In this document: piece by piece, positions 39,847 to 52,059 of the stretch | Position numbering within the stretch: the stretch's first letter is position 1 | Layout: the number at the start of each line of letters is the position of its first letter | Source: Octopus vulgaris | Taxonomy: Eukaryota | NCBI GenBank assembly: GCA_951406725.2 | Contig: OX597826.1 | Span: 14,756,001-14,820,000, forward strand | Direction of reading: 5' to 3' | Length of the DNA: 64,000 nt | The notes under the pieces: generated by a model | Databases searched by the model: none | What the model was told of the DNA's origin: nothing | What the model saw: only the letters and a program-made list of their open reading frames with translations | Translations under genes and position numbers: made by a program

Positions 39847-40198
39847 TAAAGAAGGGTAGAAATTGATATTAATCAATTAAAACCAGTGGCCTATCATATT
39901 TTTAAAAAATCCGAAGATTTGAAATTTATTTACATGCAAAATTTAGAGGACTGATCACTAAAAGTGGACAGCCTGTATGCTAGATATAGACGTCAAAATC
40001 AAAACAAGTGAAAGTAATTAGTACATAGGTTATCGTTTTTTTTATTTCGCATATTTTCATTTGTCGTGCTTATTTTTACACTTTGGTTTTTTGCTGAATT
40101 TTTTCTTGAAAACACATTCTTCGTGGAAAATGGCGATTTTGACGTCTATATCTAGCATACAGGCTGTCCACTTTTAGTCGTCAGTACACTAAATTTTG
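39843..40198. mobile_element. TA-embedded unit with ~60-bp inverted repeat (PLE inverted pLTR or MITE)
   Basis: 39938-40000 is the reverse complement of 40135-40197 (core ACTAAAAGTGGACAGCCTGTATGCTAGATATAGACGTCAAAATC exact); (TA)n on both sides. Confidence 0.65.
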
Positions 40199-40223
40199 TA
40201 TATATATATATATATATGTAAAG

Positions 40224-40432
40224 ACGAAGGGGTGCTGAAAAGTTCTTGGCTTTAAAAGTATCGTGAAAGGCCTGGTTGGAGTTTTAACTTTCTGAAGTCT
40301 TTTACGGGGCTTAGAAATATTGTCGGACCACTTTAATAAGTGTATAAGTGTATCAATTTCAGGGGGAAATATGTTGAATAAAATCATAATTAACTGTTCC
40401 TCATGTATTTTCTTTTACCCAAAGTAAGGAAA
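40224..40432 (+). mobile_element. Non-autonomous mariner derivative
   Basis: TIR-like ACGAAGGGGTGCTGAAAAGTTC; mariner transposase terminal GxYVE* (GGGAAATATGTTGAATAA); right TIR eroded into (TA)n. Confidence 0.6.
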
Positions 40433-40448
40433 TATATATATCTACATA

Positions 40449-40520
<72 letters not shown>

Positions 40521-40583
40521 TATATTATAGTAAAATGTTCTCCAAATTAATAGAAAAGTAATTTTATTATACTTGGAAATGGG

Positions 40584-40793
40584 AAGGCAGGCGAGCTATT
40601 AGAAGCGTTAGCCCGCTGGACGAAATGCCTAGCGGTATTTCGCTTGTAGCTGCGTTCTGAGTTCAAATTCCGCCGAGGTTGACTTTCATCCTCTCGAGAT
40701 AGATAAATTAAGTACCAGTTGAGTACTGAGGTCGATGTGATTCGACTATCACCCTCCTCCAAATTTCAGGTCTTGTGCTTCTAATAGAAAGTA
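40584..40793 (+). mobile_element. SINE family B
   Basis: GGCGAGCT head, GTTCTGAGTTCAAATTCCGCCGAGGTTGACTTT..GATAAATTAAGTACCAG. Confidence 0.85.
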
Positions 40794-40945
40794 TTAGAGT
40801 TAGAAAAGATGAAAGCTCAGAGATTTATTAAACCTGTCAGTAAAAAGACCTAACTTGAACTCTAATCTGTACTTGATTAGAATGTTATTTCAATGGGGAC
40901 CATATAGTTTTAAGTTTAAAATAATATAACGAAGGTAGCTACATA

Positions 40946-41353
40946 GGCGTAGGAGTGGCTGTGTGGTAAGTAGCTTGCTTACTAACCACATGGTTCCGCG
41001 TTCACTCACACTGCGTGGCACCTTGGGCAAGTGTCTTCTACTATAGCCTCGGGCCGTCCAAAGCCTTGTGAGTGGATTTGATAGACGGAAGCTGAAAGAA
41101 GCCCGTCATATGTATATATGAATGTGTGTGTTTGTGTGTGTATGTATGCTTGTGTGTCTGTATTTGTCCCCCCCCAACATCGCTTGACAACTGATGTTGG
41201 TGTGTTCACGTCGCCGTAACTTAGCGGTTCGGCAAAAGTGACCGATAGAATAAGTACTAGGCTTACAAAGAATAAGGCCTGGGGCCGATTTGCTCGTCTA
41301 AAGGCGGTGCTACAGCGTGGCCACAGTCAAATGACTGAACCAAGTAAAAGAGT
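40946..41353 (+). mobile_element. SINE family A
   Basis: Full body with tail. Confidence 0.9.
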
Positions 41354-41859
41354 ATTCCGAAATCGAACGGTAGCAGCCTGATTTTAGATCTCATCTATCA
41401 ACGGTGACTGGCTGAAGTTACTAAAGAAAGATAACGAAGCAACAACAAGAACAGTAACACAATGCCACTACTATAAATAACTCGTAGAACCAACTCAATA
41501 GAGACTATTCTACCATCCATACAAACAAAAGCACAACAACGTTTTTACCTCCCACATCCACTAAATTGGGGAAAAGAAAAAGCCGCCAGAATCACGCATT
41601 TGTCTAGCAAAAATGGCCACTGAAATTAGTCATAGTGATTGTAAATTAATCAATTAACTATACAGGACGTAAACAGTTAAATACAACAAGCAGCGAGCGA
41701 AGCTTACTCGCGTGATTTTTGTCAGATTTAGTCTAATCCATCAGAAACATCCCTGATATAAAATATACAAAAGAATAAAGATGGAAACTGTCTGTGTTGA
41801 TATTTACATACATCCATTGGTGACTAGGATTTTAGTCAAATGTATTTCAGCTGCACATA

Positions 41860-41902
41860 TGCTTATGTATGAATGTATGTATGTACGTATTATGTATGTA
41901 TG

Positions 41903-41936
<34 letters not shown>

Positions 41937-42021
41937 TGTATGTATGTATGTATGTATGTATGTATGTATAAATATATGTATATATATATATATATATAGT
42001 ATGTATATATATATATGTATG

Positions 42022-42053
<32 letters not shown>

Positions 42054-42164
42054 TTGTATATATGTATCTATATATATATATATTGTATGTATATATATGT
42101 ATGTATGTATGTACATATGTATGTATGCATGTATATATATTGTATATATATGTATCTATCTATC

Positions 42165-42214
<50 letters not shown>

Positions 42215-42359
42215 ATGTATATATGTATGTATGTATCGCACGTGTCTATATATGCATACGTACTTACGTATGTATATGTATGAAGATGTACTTATATATG
42301 CCCTATATATCATATGCTTATGCATGTACATATATACATACATACACACACACACACAA

Positions 42360-42403
<44 letters not shown>

Positions 42404-42582
42404 AGAATGCATCGAGGAGCGCCGCATACATACGTATATATATGTAGGCGTGCGTGTCATTCTCGTATCTTCTTTTTCTGTATTTCTGGTGCTTTATGCA
42501 CATCTCCTTATAGTATATATTCTTAAAGTTCTGAGTCATAACTAAATTACTTACGAACTCCCACACGCACACACACACACAT

Positions 42583-42617
<35 letters not shown>

Positions 42618-42770
42618 CACACACAAACACACACATACATCAACGTCACACACGTACACACAAACATACGATTGAATATTTAAATTAATACTTACTCAGA
42701 ACCGCGTGTATGCGTCTTTATGCATACGTGACTGCTTCTGTGTACATACATTTAATTATAATATGCATAC

Positions 42771-42823
<53 letters not shown>

Positions 42824-42826
42824 TAG

Positions 42827-42863
<37 letters not shown>

Positions 42864-42916
42864 TATTTATATATAGATATATATATACAGATATATATAC
42901 ATATATAATAAATACT

Positions 42917-42972
<56 letters not shown>

Positions 42973-42975
42973 CAT
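41860..42975. repeat. Long TA/TATG/CA/GATA low-complexity region
   Basis: Direct reading. Confidence 0.95.
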
Positions 42976-43397
42976 ATAGATGGAGTGGTAGGGAGAATGT
43001 GGATAGAATCTCCAAGAAGTAAAGCAATAAGAACGATTGGAATGTAATCTTATTAATCAAAGAGATTAGAAGACTAAAGAGAAATGCAAACAGAGAGGAT
43101 TTTGCATTATCAAAACTGTTAAAGGACTGACGACGGCTGAAGAGTTCTTCCATTGTTACAGAAATATATCTCATTCAATATCTCTGCTTCTGATTCATTC
43201 TGCCCGTCCAGTAATAAGTTTTGCAAATTTAGACTGACATGCGTTCACAACATTGTTGAATGTGGATATCATATGAATGTGTGAGAGTGTGTGCGTGCGT
43301 GTGTCCGTATGTATGTAAGCACGTACATATTCATATGTGTATGCATGTATATGTATATGTGTGTGTATGTATGTATATATGTATATATATATATATG

Positions 43398-43436
<39 letters not shown>

Positions 43437-43442
43437 ATACAC

Positions 43443-43474
<32 letters not shown>

Positions 43475-43516
43475 GTGTGTGTGTGTGAATATATATGTGC
43501 GTGTGTGTGTGCGCGC

Positions 43517-43551
<35 letters not shown>

Positions 43552-43560
43552 ATACGATAT

Positions 43561-43682
43561 GGGGGTGCGTGTAGTAGTAGACAAGTTCGACTCTACTTCG
43601 TTCCACCTCGGCTGAGTGTTATCTTCTACAGCCTCAGTTCGACTCACAATTATCAAAGCCTGTCCAACAGATTCTATTTGTA
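43561..43682 (+). mobile_element. Highly decayed SINE A head
   Basis: GTTCGACTCTAC..TCTTCTACAGCCTCAGTTCGAC..AAAGCCT..GATT resembles the family A 5' half. Confidence 0.4.
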
Positions 43683-43976
43683 ACAAAATGGCGAAGGAGG
43701 GGTATCCGCTTGAGCATCACTTAAAGGATGTCCATATCTATGGACTCTTTAGCCACTGACAGCGTAATTATTCAACATATGTGTGTGTGCGTGCGTGTGT
43801 GTGCGTGCGTGTATGTGCGTATGTGTGTGTGCTCGTGCGTGTGTGTATAGTTGTGTCTGTGTCTGTGTTTCTGTACGTGCGAGTATGTATGTGCCATATG
43901 TATGTATATTTACATGTTTCTCGTTTTCGTAGTAGGTACAAATGTTATTACGAGAATATCCTATCACAGATTAAAT

Positions 43977-44294
43977 CAAGGGTTCCTAAATTTTTTCGCA
44001 CTGCAGACCTCTTAGCACCCAGACCACATTCCTGCCCATCCCCACCTCGCTCACCATCACAAACATAGACCATTTTCTGCAGGAAATCCAATACAACATT
44101 ATTTCACAAATAGAGCTTAACCCATTATTTTGTTTGTTTTTAATTCCCCCGTTTGGTTATCCCGTTGATTTTAGACACCCCTTTTGGCTACCTCATTATC
44201 GCCCCACTTTTCTTGAATGACCCCTGAATTTTTCTTCTCCCTATGTGATGCTGGTGGTGGTGGGGAGAAGTACCACCAAGTTTGGGAACCATCG
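43977..44294. mobile_element. hAT (Charlie-like) MITE
   Basis: TIRs CAAGGGTTCCTAAA / TTTGGGAACCATCG; 8-bp TSD GATTAAAT (43969-43976) and TATTAAAT (44295-44302). Confidence 0.75.
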
Positions 44295-44595
44295 TATTAA
44301 ATTTTCGCCAGTGGATTTAAAATTTGTTGAGCTGTTACTTCCAGGTCATCGCCATAGTTTATTCTTCCATGGTTAATCTTCAAGTTCTGCAAAATTTATT
44401 ATCGACAAATTACACTGAACACATTTGAGAACCAAACATGGTCCGTTTTCTTGTATTCTTTTCTTGTTTTTGCATTTACATGTTACCCTTTTGTAAATGC
44501 AATCCTCTGATTTCTAAGAGTTCTTATTCTATGTAATACAACGTTTCTTTATAAGTTTTATGATAATTATTAACTGAACGTTAACTTTAGAAATA

Positions 44596-44596
44596 T

Positions 44597-44647
<51 letters not shown>

Positions 44648-44676
44648 GTGTGTGTGTGTGTAGATATGTATGTATG

Positions 44677-44713
<37 letters not shown>

Positions 44714-44720
44714 ATGTATG

Positions 44721-44803
<83 letters not shown>

Positions 44804-44816
44804 GCATGTAAGTATG

Positions 44817-44853
<37 letters not shown>
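44596..44853. repeat. (TA)n/(TG)n/(TATG)n microsatellite
   Basis: Direct reading. Confidence 0.98.
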
Positions 44854-44858
<5 letters not shown>

Positions 44859-46900
44859 TAGATAAAACTTAGATATGTTTCGACCAGAGATTGGTCCAGG
44901 CCATGTCTAACTTAATAGCACCACCTGATAGGATTATTCGAATCCTGTTTAAGTCAAGTTTTGTTCAAGTAGTGAGTTCTTGTTGGGTGAGTTGTATCCA
45001 GTTTTGTTCAAGTAGTGAGTTCTTGTTGGGTGAGTTGTATCCAATTATGGGTGGCTTGTCTGGTATTCTTTGAAGGAATCTATCCAGACTCTGTTTGAAG
45101 TTGATGGGATCCTTTTCCTCTTTGATCTCCCTCGGGACAATGTTAAATAGGGCAGGGCCTGTTGAGGAAAAGAAATTATGTTGCAGTGTACATGTATGTT
45201 GTGATCTTGAATTTGGCAGGGGACGTATAGCCCGTGGTCCAAGTCTCGGATGAACCTTGAAGCTAATATTTAGGTCGTTTGGGCAAAGTTGGCGGTATAT
45301 TTTCCACATCGTACAAATGATGTACCGCTCACGGCGACGCTGGAGGGAGTAAAGTTTCAAGGCTTTAAGGCGATCCCAATAGTCGAGAGCAGCCATGCCT
45401 TCAATTTGTTTAGTGAGAGCCCTCTGGGGTGACTCAATTCTGGAGATGTTTTGTCTTGTGTGAGGAGACCACAGTGGGCAGCAGTATTCAAGGTGTGGCC
45501 GTACAAAGGATGAAAAAAGTGGTATGATGACACCTTGTTCTCTGGACCGGAAAGTTCTTAAGATCCAGGAACTCATCCTACGAGCTGTATCGACCTTCTT
45601 GTTGATGTGTGCACTCCAACTGAGATCGTCATCAACAATTACACCCAGGTCTCTGATATTGTTAGAGGCTGTGAGCGGTTCCCCTGAAGGAAGAGAGTAT
45701 GGTTGTTTTAGTGAGGAATTTCTTCCAAAATGCATCAGCTCAAATTTTCCCTCATTCAGTTGCATTTTGTTTCTGTCTGCCCATTGACTCACAGCATATA
45801 GGTCAGACTGGAGTTGAGTTCGGTCTGCTTCTTCATTGACGATTTGCTGGAGCTTAGTGTCATCAGCGAATATTTTCACTTTGCAGTGATGTACGACACT
45901 GGAAAGGTCGTTTACATAAATTATGAAGAGTAGCGGACCCAAAACAGTTCCCTGGGGAACACCGCTGGTGACTTTTGCTGGGTTTGAGTGGACTCCATCA
46001 ACTACAACATGTTGTGTTCTATTCGCTAGGAAATACTGAATCCAGTGTAGAACTTTTCCACGGATTCCAACATTTGCCAATTTTGAGAGTAGGATGTTAT
46101 GGTCTACCCTGTCGAACGCTTTACTGAAGTCAAGGTATATGACGTCAGAGTTCGAACCTGTTCCCAAGGCTTTGAGTACATCTTCAATGTGGTGTAAGAG
46201 CTGTGTTAGACAGTCCCTGCCACAGCGAAAGCCATGTTGATTTGAATTTAGGAGTTTGTGGGTCTCCAGGAAGTCAGCTATCCTTGATCTTAACACTCTT
46301 TCAAACACTTTAATGATGTGGGAGGTGAGTGAGATTGGGCGATAGTTGACTGCGAGGGATCTGTTTCCCTGTTTGAAAACCGGGATGACCGACTGGGATA
46401 GAAACTTTTTCGGTATATAACCTGCGTCTAACGAGTTTCTCCAGAGGTTGGTCAGAGGGACTGCAAGTTGATATCTACATTCCTTCAGGAGACTGGCGGG
46501 AAATCTATCAGGGCCTACAGCGGAGTAATGTTTGACCTCATTTATTGCTGCTACGATGTCGGTGGCAGTGAAGGTTATGTCTGCGATTTTGTGTTGGGAG
46601 TCAGCTTCGTTCGTTTCCCTCACATCAATATCAGTGGGAACACTGAAGACAGAGCAATATTGTTTCTGCAGTATTTCTGCCATTTCTTTAGCATCGTGTT
46701 GGGGAATGCCGTTTTCATCAATCAATGGCCCAATAGGTGAGACAGTGGTTCTATGCTTATTTGCATAAGAATAGAACACTTTTGGGTTCTGTTTGATGTT
46801 TTTGATTACCCATTGTTCCTCCACAGCTCTTTGATTTTCAATGGAGGTTTTCATGTTAGTCTGCAGATGAAGTTTTTCCAGCTCTAGTCTTTTCATTGTT
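44853..46900 (-). mobile_element. CR1/L2-type LINE, 5'-truncated, young
   Basis: RT ORF, short 3' UTR with a GACCA..TGGTC hairpin, and an (ATCTAAGTTT)x2 tail running into (TA)n. Confidence 0.92.
44965..46896 (-). CDS. LINE ORF2 reverse transcriptase (endonuclease domain missing), 643 open codons
   Basis: NPKVFYSY, GPD, NYRPISLTS, QHGF, YLDFSKAFDRV, SGVPQGTVLGPLLF, FADD, RDLGV, RPHLEYC, LQRRRER; no stops. Confidence 0.9.
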   Translation of the reverse strand: MKRLELEKLHLQTNMKTSIENQRAVEEQWVIKNIKQNPKVFYSYANKHRTTVSPIGPLIDENGIPQHDAKEMAEILQKQYCSVFSVPTDIDVRETNEADSQHKIADITFTATDIVAAINEVKHYSAVGPDRFPASLLKECRYQLAVPLTNLWRNSLDAGYIPKKFLSQSVIPVFKQGNRSLAVNYRPISLTSHIIKVFERVLRSRIADFLETHKLLNSNQHGFRCGRDCLTQLLHHIEDVLKALGTGSNSDVIYLDFSKAFDRVDHNILLSKLANVGIRGKVLHWIQYFLANRTQHVVVDGVHSNPAKVTSGVPQGTVLGPLLFIIYVNDLSSVVHHCKVKIFADDTKLQQIVNEEADRTQLQSDLYAVSQWADRNKMQLNEGKFELMHFGRNSSLKQPYSLPSGEPLTASNNIRDLGVIVDDDLSWSAHINKKVDTARRMSSWILRTFRSREQGVIIPLFSSFVRPHLEYCCPLWSPHTRQNISRIESPQRALTKQIEGMAALDYWDRLKALKLYSLQRRRERYIICTMWKIYRQLCPNDLNISFKVHPRLGPRAIRPLPNSRSQHTCTLQHNFFSSTGPALFNIVPREIKEEKDPINFKQSLDRFLQRIPDKPPIIGYNSPNKNSLLEQNWIQLTQQELTT

Positions 46901-47199
46901 GTTGAATGTGGATGTTGCGTGTGATATATATATAGTTCATTTGGGATAACTATTAAGGAACGTCTCTGGAAAACTTGAAATTCGCCTACCACTATTTTTC
47001 TTTTCGTCGTAACTTTTTTTGTTCTCTCCAAATTAATTCTCTTTTATCTGTTTACCTTATTCTTCTTATTTTGTTACAAATATAATAAATACGAAAGACG
47101 AGTGACCCAAAATTTATGTACAATAGTTTCTGTTCTTACCATTTTTTTAATGCAATTTCCGACAACCACTTCTCATCTACCAGTGGGACTAGTGCTTTA

Positions 47200-47830
47200 T
47201 TCTCGGCATCTTGCTTTCATTCGAAGTGTATGATTTAGGATCGATTCTTTACACTGAATCCATGACAAAATGAACACTATCGATGCGATTATCTTAAATA
47301 TTCTTCTTGTACTTACCCAATCTACAATTGATATCAATCTTCATTTATCCTTACAAAGTGTTTATTCTTTATTCATTATTCATCCTTACAAAGTTTTTCA
47401 ATCCCTCAAACAACTACGACGTCGTTTTTCACATCTTAGCAGGTTAAAAGCTGGAAAATAGACATCTGTTGGCTTCTTTTGTGAATGATTTATCGAAATC
47501 CTTCGCTTGGCTGTGTCGAAAATCCATGTTTCATGAGGAATATTGTGTTTCTTGTTCCGAATGCCTTTAGGTCACTATGTTGGTTCGCATTGTCATTTTA
47601 CATATGGCAGTGTTAATAATTGATATCGTTGGCTTCAGTTTCCCAACTCAAGCAGATTGTTTTATGTGGTTAGTTTTTGATCCTAAATAATGCCGAATAT
47701 TAACATCAGGATGTTTAGATATATGGTTTGTAATACAAAAAGCCACAATTCTACAATGGTTTAACAAGTGAGGTGATATACTTGAGTTTGAATAAGTTTG
47801 TGTTTAACGCCTGGAACATTATCGGATCAA
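47200..47830 (-). pseudogene. Possible very old PLE C-terminal remnant
   Basis: LTLPYVK, then VYF..C..CEK.. and RMNNExE-like pieces in the order expected for PLE thumb and GIY-YIG regions; heavily disrupted. Confidence 0.3.
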
Positions 47831-48239
47831 TAAAAAGTACTACCCTCCGAAGGGAGAGTGTGCAATATCGGTGTCCCCTTCAGATTAACTGCGAGATCTT
47901 TAAATCAACCATGAAGATAGGTTCATCTGCATCATAACTGAGATAGCCTCAAGGTTAAGTTATCGGCTTACACGCTCAGTTCTCTGCCTTAGGAAGACTG
48001 AATGTATTTTTCGTTACTCGGAGATTCTTCCTTGTTTGTTATCATCTATGACAGGATTAAGGATCAAATAAGGGGTTCTCTATTTTTTCGGTCCTCTTAC
48101 AAATAACCTGCAACTCTGCTCTCCATTATAGATTCGGCTGAGCAAAATCCAAACGATCGAATTTTTTTTTAAATATATAACCATATAATGTATGTCTTAC
48201 TATATTGGCAGCGGTGTGCTTTTCCCATTTTCTTTTCAT

Positions 48240-48640
48240 TGTTGTTGCTGCTGTTGCTGTTGAGCGAAGCGATCTCGTCCCAGAGCTCGCAAGATCGCGC
48301 CTCTGTAGTGAGAGAAGTCCTAAACGTGGTTCTTTGCTATTCATAAGACCCACAGAAGAGAAAGCAGGTCAACCCTCGACACCGAGAACATCGACGGATG
48401 GATGAATGCGCATCCAGGCTCAGCGGTTGCGTAGGAAGTCGGCGACAAGAAACAGGAAGAAAGAGTGAGAGAAAGTTGGAGCGAAGGAGTACAACAGGGG
48501 TCGCCACCACTCCATGCCAGAGCCTCGTGGAGCTTTAGGTGGTTTTGCTCAATAAACACACACAACGCCCGGTCTGGGAATCGAAACCGCGATCTTCCGA
48601 CCGCGAGTCCGCTGCCCTGACCATTGGACCATTGCGCCTC
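48240..48640 (-). mobile_element. SINE family C, tail type 2, ending in (CAA/CAG)n
   Basis: Head matches 18242; body close to 63300-63678. Confidence 0.88.
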
Positions 48641-49044
48641 TACTGATGTTGCTGCAAGGACAATACAAAGGTAGCAGCAAATGATACAATACATTGCAGG
48701 TTATAGTGTCGAAACAGTCAGTGATTAACTCAATATTTTCTTATCTTATTTTTATACGACCCTGTCAGTGAAGACAGGCCAGTGACCTTCACCTAATACT
48801 TTCAGGACATCTGCTAGTAGCTGGAAGAAGGAAACTTCTTAAAATTGAGGCCTAGATCAAAACATTGACACCTGATTGGACTCCTCTAAAGACACCTAAA
48901 AACCAGTTGATGGTGTATAACCGAGCGACAAATAAAGTCTACTACACAAAAACTTAGAATTCAAAGAGCCGTTGGAACAAATATCGTGAGGCAGCTCACT
49001 CGATGCTTTAACGCATCTACCAATTTACCACCATGAAATGATAC

Positions 49045-49165
49045 GTTATTTACCGGCCTCGAATAAATATGAAAAAAGTTGACCTCTCCGGGATTCGACA
49101 GCAGAGCAGAGAGCCTCGGAAGAAAAGCGCAAAACATTTTGTCGTACGTATCTGACGATTCTGTA
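49045..49165 (-). mobile_element. SINE family B, decayed
   Basis: AAAGTTGACCTC..GGATTCGAC..CATTTTGTC..ACGATTCTG. Confidence 0.5.
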
Positions 49166-49318
49166 AAATTACAGACTACTGATACAAGTCATAACTAAAA
49201 GTCAAGGGAGACATTTTGCTGCTTATGTGAGGAGAGAACTGAATTCGCATTTTGCTATTTATATATAGAATGCATTATATATACACATAAGAATATACAA
49301 ACATACACACGCGCGCAC

Positions 49319-49380
<62 letters not shown>

Positions 49381-49385
<5 letters not shown>

Positions 49386-49557
49386 TAATCCAAACAAGAA
49401 AACACAAAAAAACACAACAACGCGAGGACGTGGAACAAATATAGTATTATTGGACGCTCAGGAAAGAAGGAAAGAAGGAGGGTTTAACGTTTCGAGCGGA
49501 GCTCTTCGGCAGAAACATAGGAAAAGGAAAGATCCAAAGAAGGGAAGACGGAGGAAA
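49381..49557 (-). mobile_element. Penelope-like pseudo-LTR unit (subfamily 2) next to (TA)n
   Basis: Homologue of 17072-17281. Confidence 0.65.
49482..49516 (-). ncRNA. Minimal type I hammerhead-like motif
   Basis: GUUU-CUGCCGA-A-GAGC(UCC)GCUC-GAAAC-GUU^AAAC. Combined with the 17183 copy (CCGACGA), the inferred ancestor is canonical CUGACGA. Confidence 0.6.
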
Positions 49558-49983
49558 TAGTGGAAACACCTTAACATTTCAAACAAATTTATTTTAATAT
49601 GGGGTAGGACCACCTTTGGCAGTAATTACAGCTTGAATTCTGTGTGGTATGAACTCATACAAAGTTTGAATTGTTTTCAAAGGAATTTTTGTTCATTCTT
49701 TACCTAAAACAGTCTCCAGTTCTCGTAGTGATGATGGTGGAGGATATCAACTCCTTTCTTCTTTTTTTTCTAAAATTCACCATAAATGTTCAATAATATT
49801 GAGATCTGGGAATTGTGATGGCCAGATATGTTCAACTTCTCTAGAATGTTCCTCGTGCCATTCAGTAACAACTTTACCTTTGTGAATTGGTGCATTATCA
49901 TCCTAAAAGATTGTGTTTCCCTCCGGAAACAGTTCCGCAACCATAGGAGGAATTTTATCAGATAAAATGCTTAAATAGTCTTA
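49558..49983 (-). mobile_element. Tc1-like transposon 3' fragment
   Basis: IF*DDNAPIH..VTEWHEEH..WPSQFPDLNIIEHLW..IPHRIQAVITAKGGPTPY*. Confidence 0.88.
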
Positions 49984-50061
49984 AAGGAGAGAGATTCATC
50001 GGAAGCGATAAATTTCGGTACTGGTTTTTTTTTTCCATTATTTATAATTCTACACTCTCTT

Positions 50062-50145
50062 AAGTATCAGTTGCGTACTCAGGTCGATCTAATCGACTGT
50101 CCCCTCCCCAGAAATTTCGGGCCTTGTGCCTAGAGTAGAAAAGAT
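50062..50145 (+). mobile_element. SINE B 3' fragment
   Basis: AAGTATCAGTTGCGTACTCAGGTCGATCTAATCGACT..AAATTTCGGGCCTTGTGCCTAGAGTAGAAAAG. Confidence 0.7.
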
Positions 50146-51299
50146 TATTTATTATTCCTATTTCTCTTAAATATTTCTATATATTTTGCTAGATTTTTGT
50201 GTGTGATACGCATATAATATCAACTTTGACAAGTTGAAATTCTTGTAGATTCAACTTATTGTTCGCAACTGATCTGGAAATCATAGGGTCATACTTTCAT
50301 TTGAAAACGTTACATATTTCTAATCATCATTAGCATATAAAATTTGGGGACAAAATAACAATCTGGTGAGATATTTCAAATATATGTTTAAAGGAAAACT
50401 AGGATTAATTTTTGAGCTCATACGTTTTTCTCCAGTTGCATTCGTTTTATTTCATTTATTGAAGTGTAATTATTCAACTTTGATCTCAGCTTTCTATATT
50501 TTGTATATATATGATAGAACAACTAATATCAAATATTCACAGTCATAAATATACATATATATACATATAGATAGAAATTGAGAAAGAAAGAGAGAGACGA
50601 AAGCGTTTACATAAACGTTTATGAATGATTATGAATATATGCATGCACAAATATTTGCACATATATACATTAATACACTTATACATATATGCAAACATAC
50701 GTGAATCCATAACTAACCTTACATAAAAACAATATGATCATGTATTTTTAAACGCTTTTTACCTAACTTTGGATATATCTGTCTGTGTTTATTATATTTA
50801 AGACAAGCATAATTCAACAAGGAAAAAAATATATATTCAAAACTTTGAATAGATTAGATCGGCTACTTAACTCAGAATCGGAATTCCTAAAAAAATTTTT
50901 TAAATTAAACGCACGAACAAAAAAAAGATAAATATTTCCAGAAGGAACGTTTATGAAAATTATGGGAAAAAATGTAAACGGTTTATGAGATCTTAGCAAT
51001 TTTTTTTTTATGGATTCACTAAACGATCTTAGCGTTTTGAAAAAGATAAAACGCAAACTATACCGAATCGAGATAATCTCAATATCAGACCGCTTTATCT
51101 TATGGGGATTATCACCTATATACATGTATCTTGTTCCTTAGTCTTCTCTCTCCTCCCCCTCTCCCTTCCCCTCTCCTATCCCCCTCTCTCCAATTGAGCA
51201 ACATGGTTCAACTTCTTCTTCAATGCAAATTAACATGCATGTATACATACGTATATATGTGTATATATATGTGTATGTATGTATCTGTATTTATATATA

Positions 51300-51883
51300 T
51301 ACCGGGTGCAATGGGTAAATTGTCGCTGCTTTGGTTTTGATTTTTGTCGACTACTCAGCATAGTAGGGTCAGAGGGGCACCATCTGTAATAAAAACAGCA
51401 TCATGACGCAATTCACTCTGCCAGAAATTTGAAAATAACATGCTGTGCTGCCAGGTATTCACGCTGAAAGCTCCAATACGAACATTTCAGAGTGTTTGGC
51501 TGTCAGTCTGAGTACAGTGCAGAGGATTCGGAAAGAGTTGGGTGAGTCTAATGGTGATTACGATGGTACGTCAGCTTGGAAAACTCACTCTGGTCGTTGT
51601 GATAAGAAAATAACTCTTGAATTTGTTGGCGTGATCCAGGCCATGATCGACAACGTTCCCTCCAAGTCAATTAGGTCCTTCGCCTGGGACATGGGAGTGT
51701 CTGAGCTTTGTACCAGGCAGGGAGTGTATGAAGACATTCGGTATTCTTCATACATGATGAGGAAAAATCGCGCGACGAAGCTTTTAAACAAACTCAAGCA
51801 TCCCATCCAAACGAAAAATTTTCTGCCATTATCAGATAGTGAACACACAGAACAAGCGTTTGCTTGCCGTGTTCCCAAAACAT
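51300..51883 (+). mobile_element. Tc1/mariner-superfamily (maT-like) transposon 5' fragment
   Basis: TA-CCGGGTG TIR start; HTH-region translation ISECLAVSLSTVQRIRKEL..IQAMIDNVPSKSIRSFAWDMGVSE..VYEDIRYSSY..RATKLLNKLKH; internal deletions. Confidence 0.8.
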
Positions 51884-51950
51884 GTACATATATATATATG
51901 TATCTATTTATACATATATATATATACACATATATCTATACATACACACA

Positions 51951-51990
<40 letters not shown>

Positions 51991-52059
51991 GCTCGGTAAC
52001 AACGCCGTTAAATGGAGTCGGGACTGCCTTATATACAAATAAATACGATAAATGCTTAT

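Noticed and set aside
46897-47031. N-terminal 45 aa of the 688-aa ORF
   Set aside because: Chance read-through into AT-rich flank beyond the apparent LINE truncation point; no endonuclease motifs.
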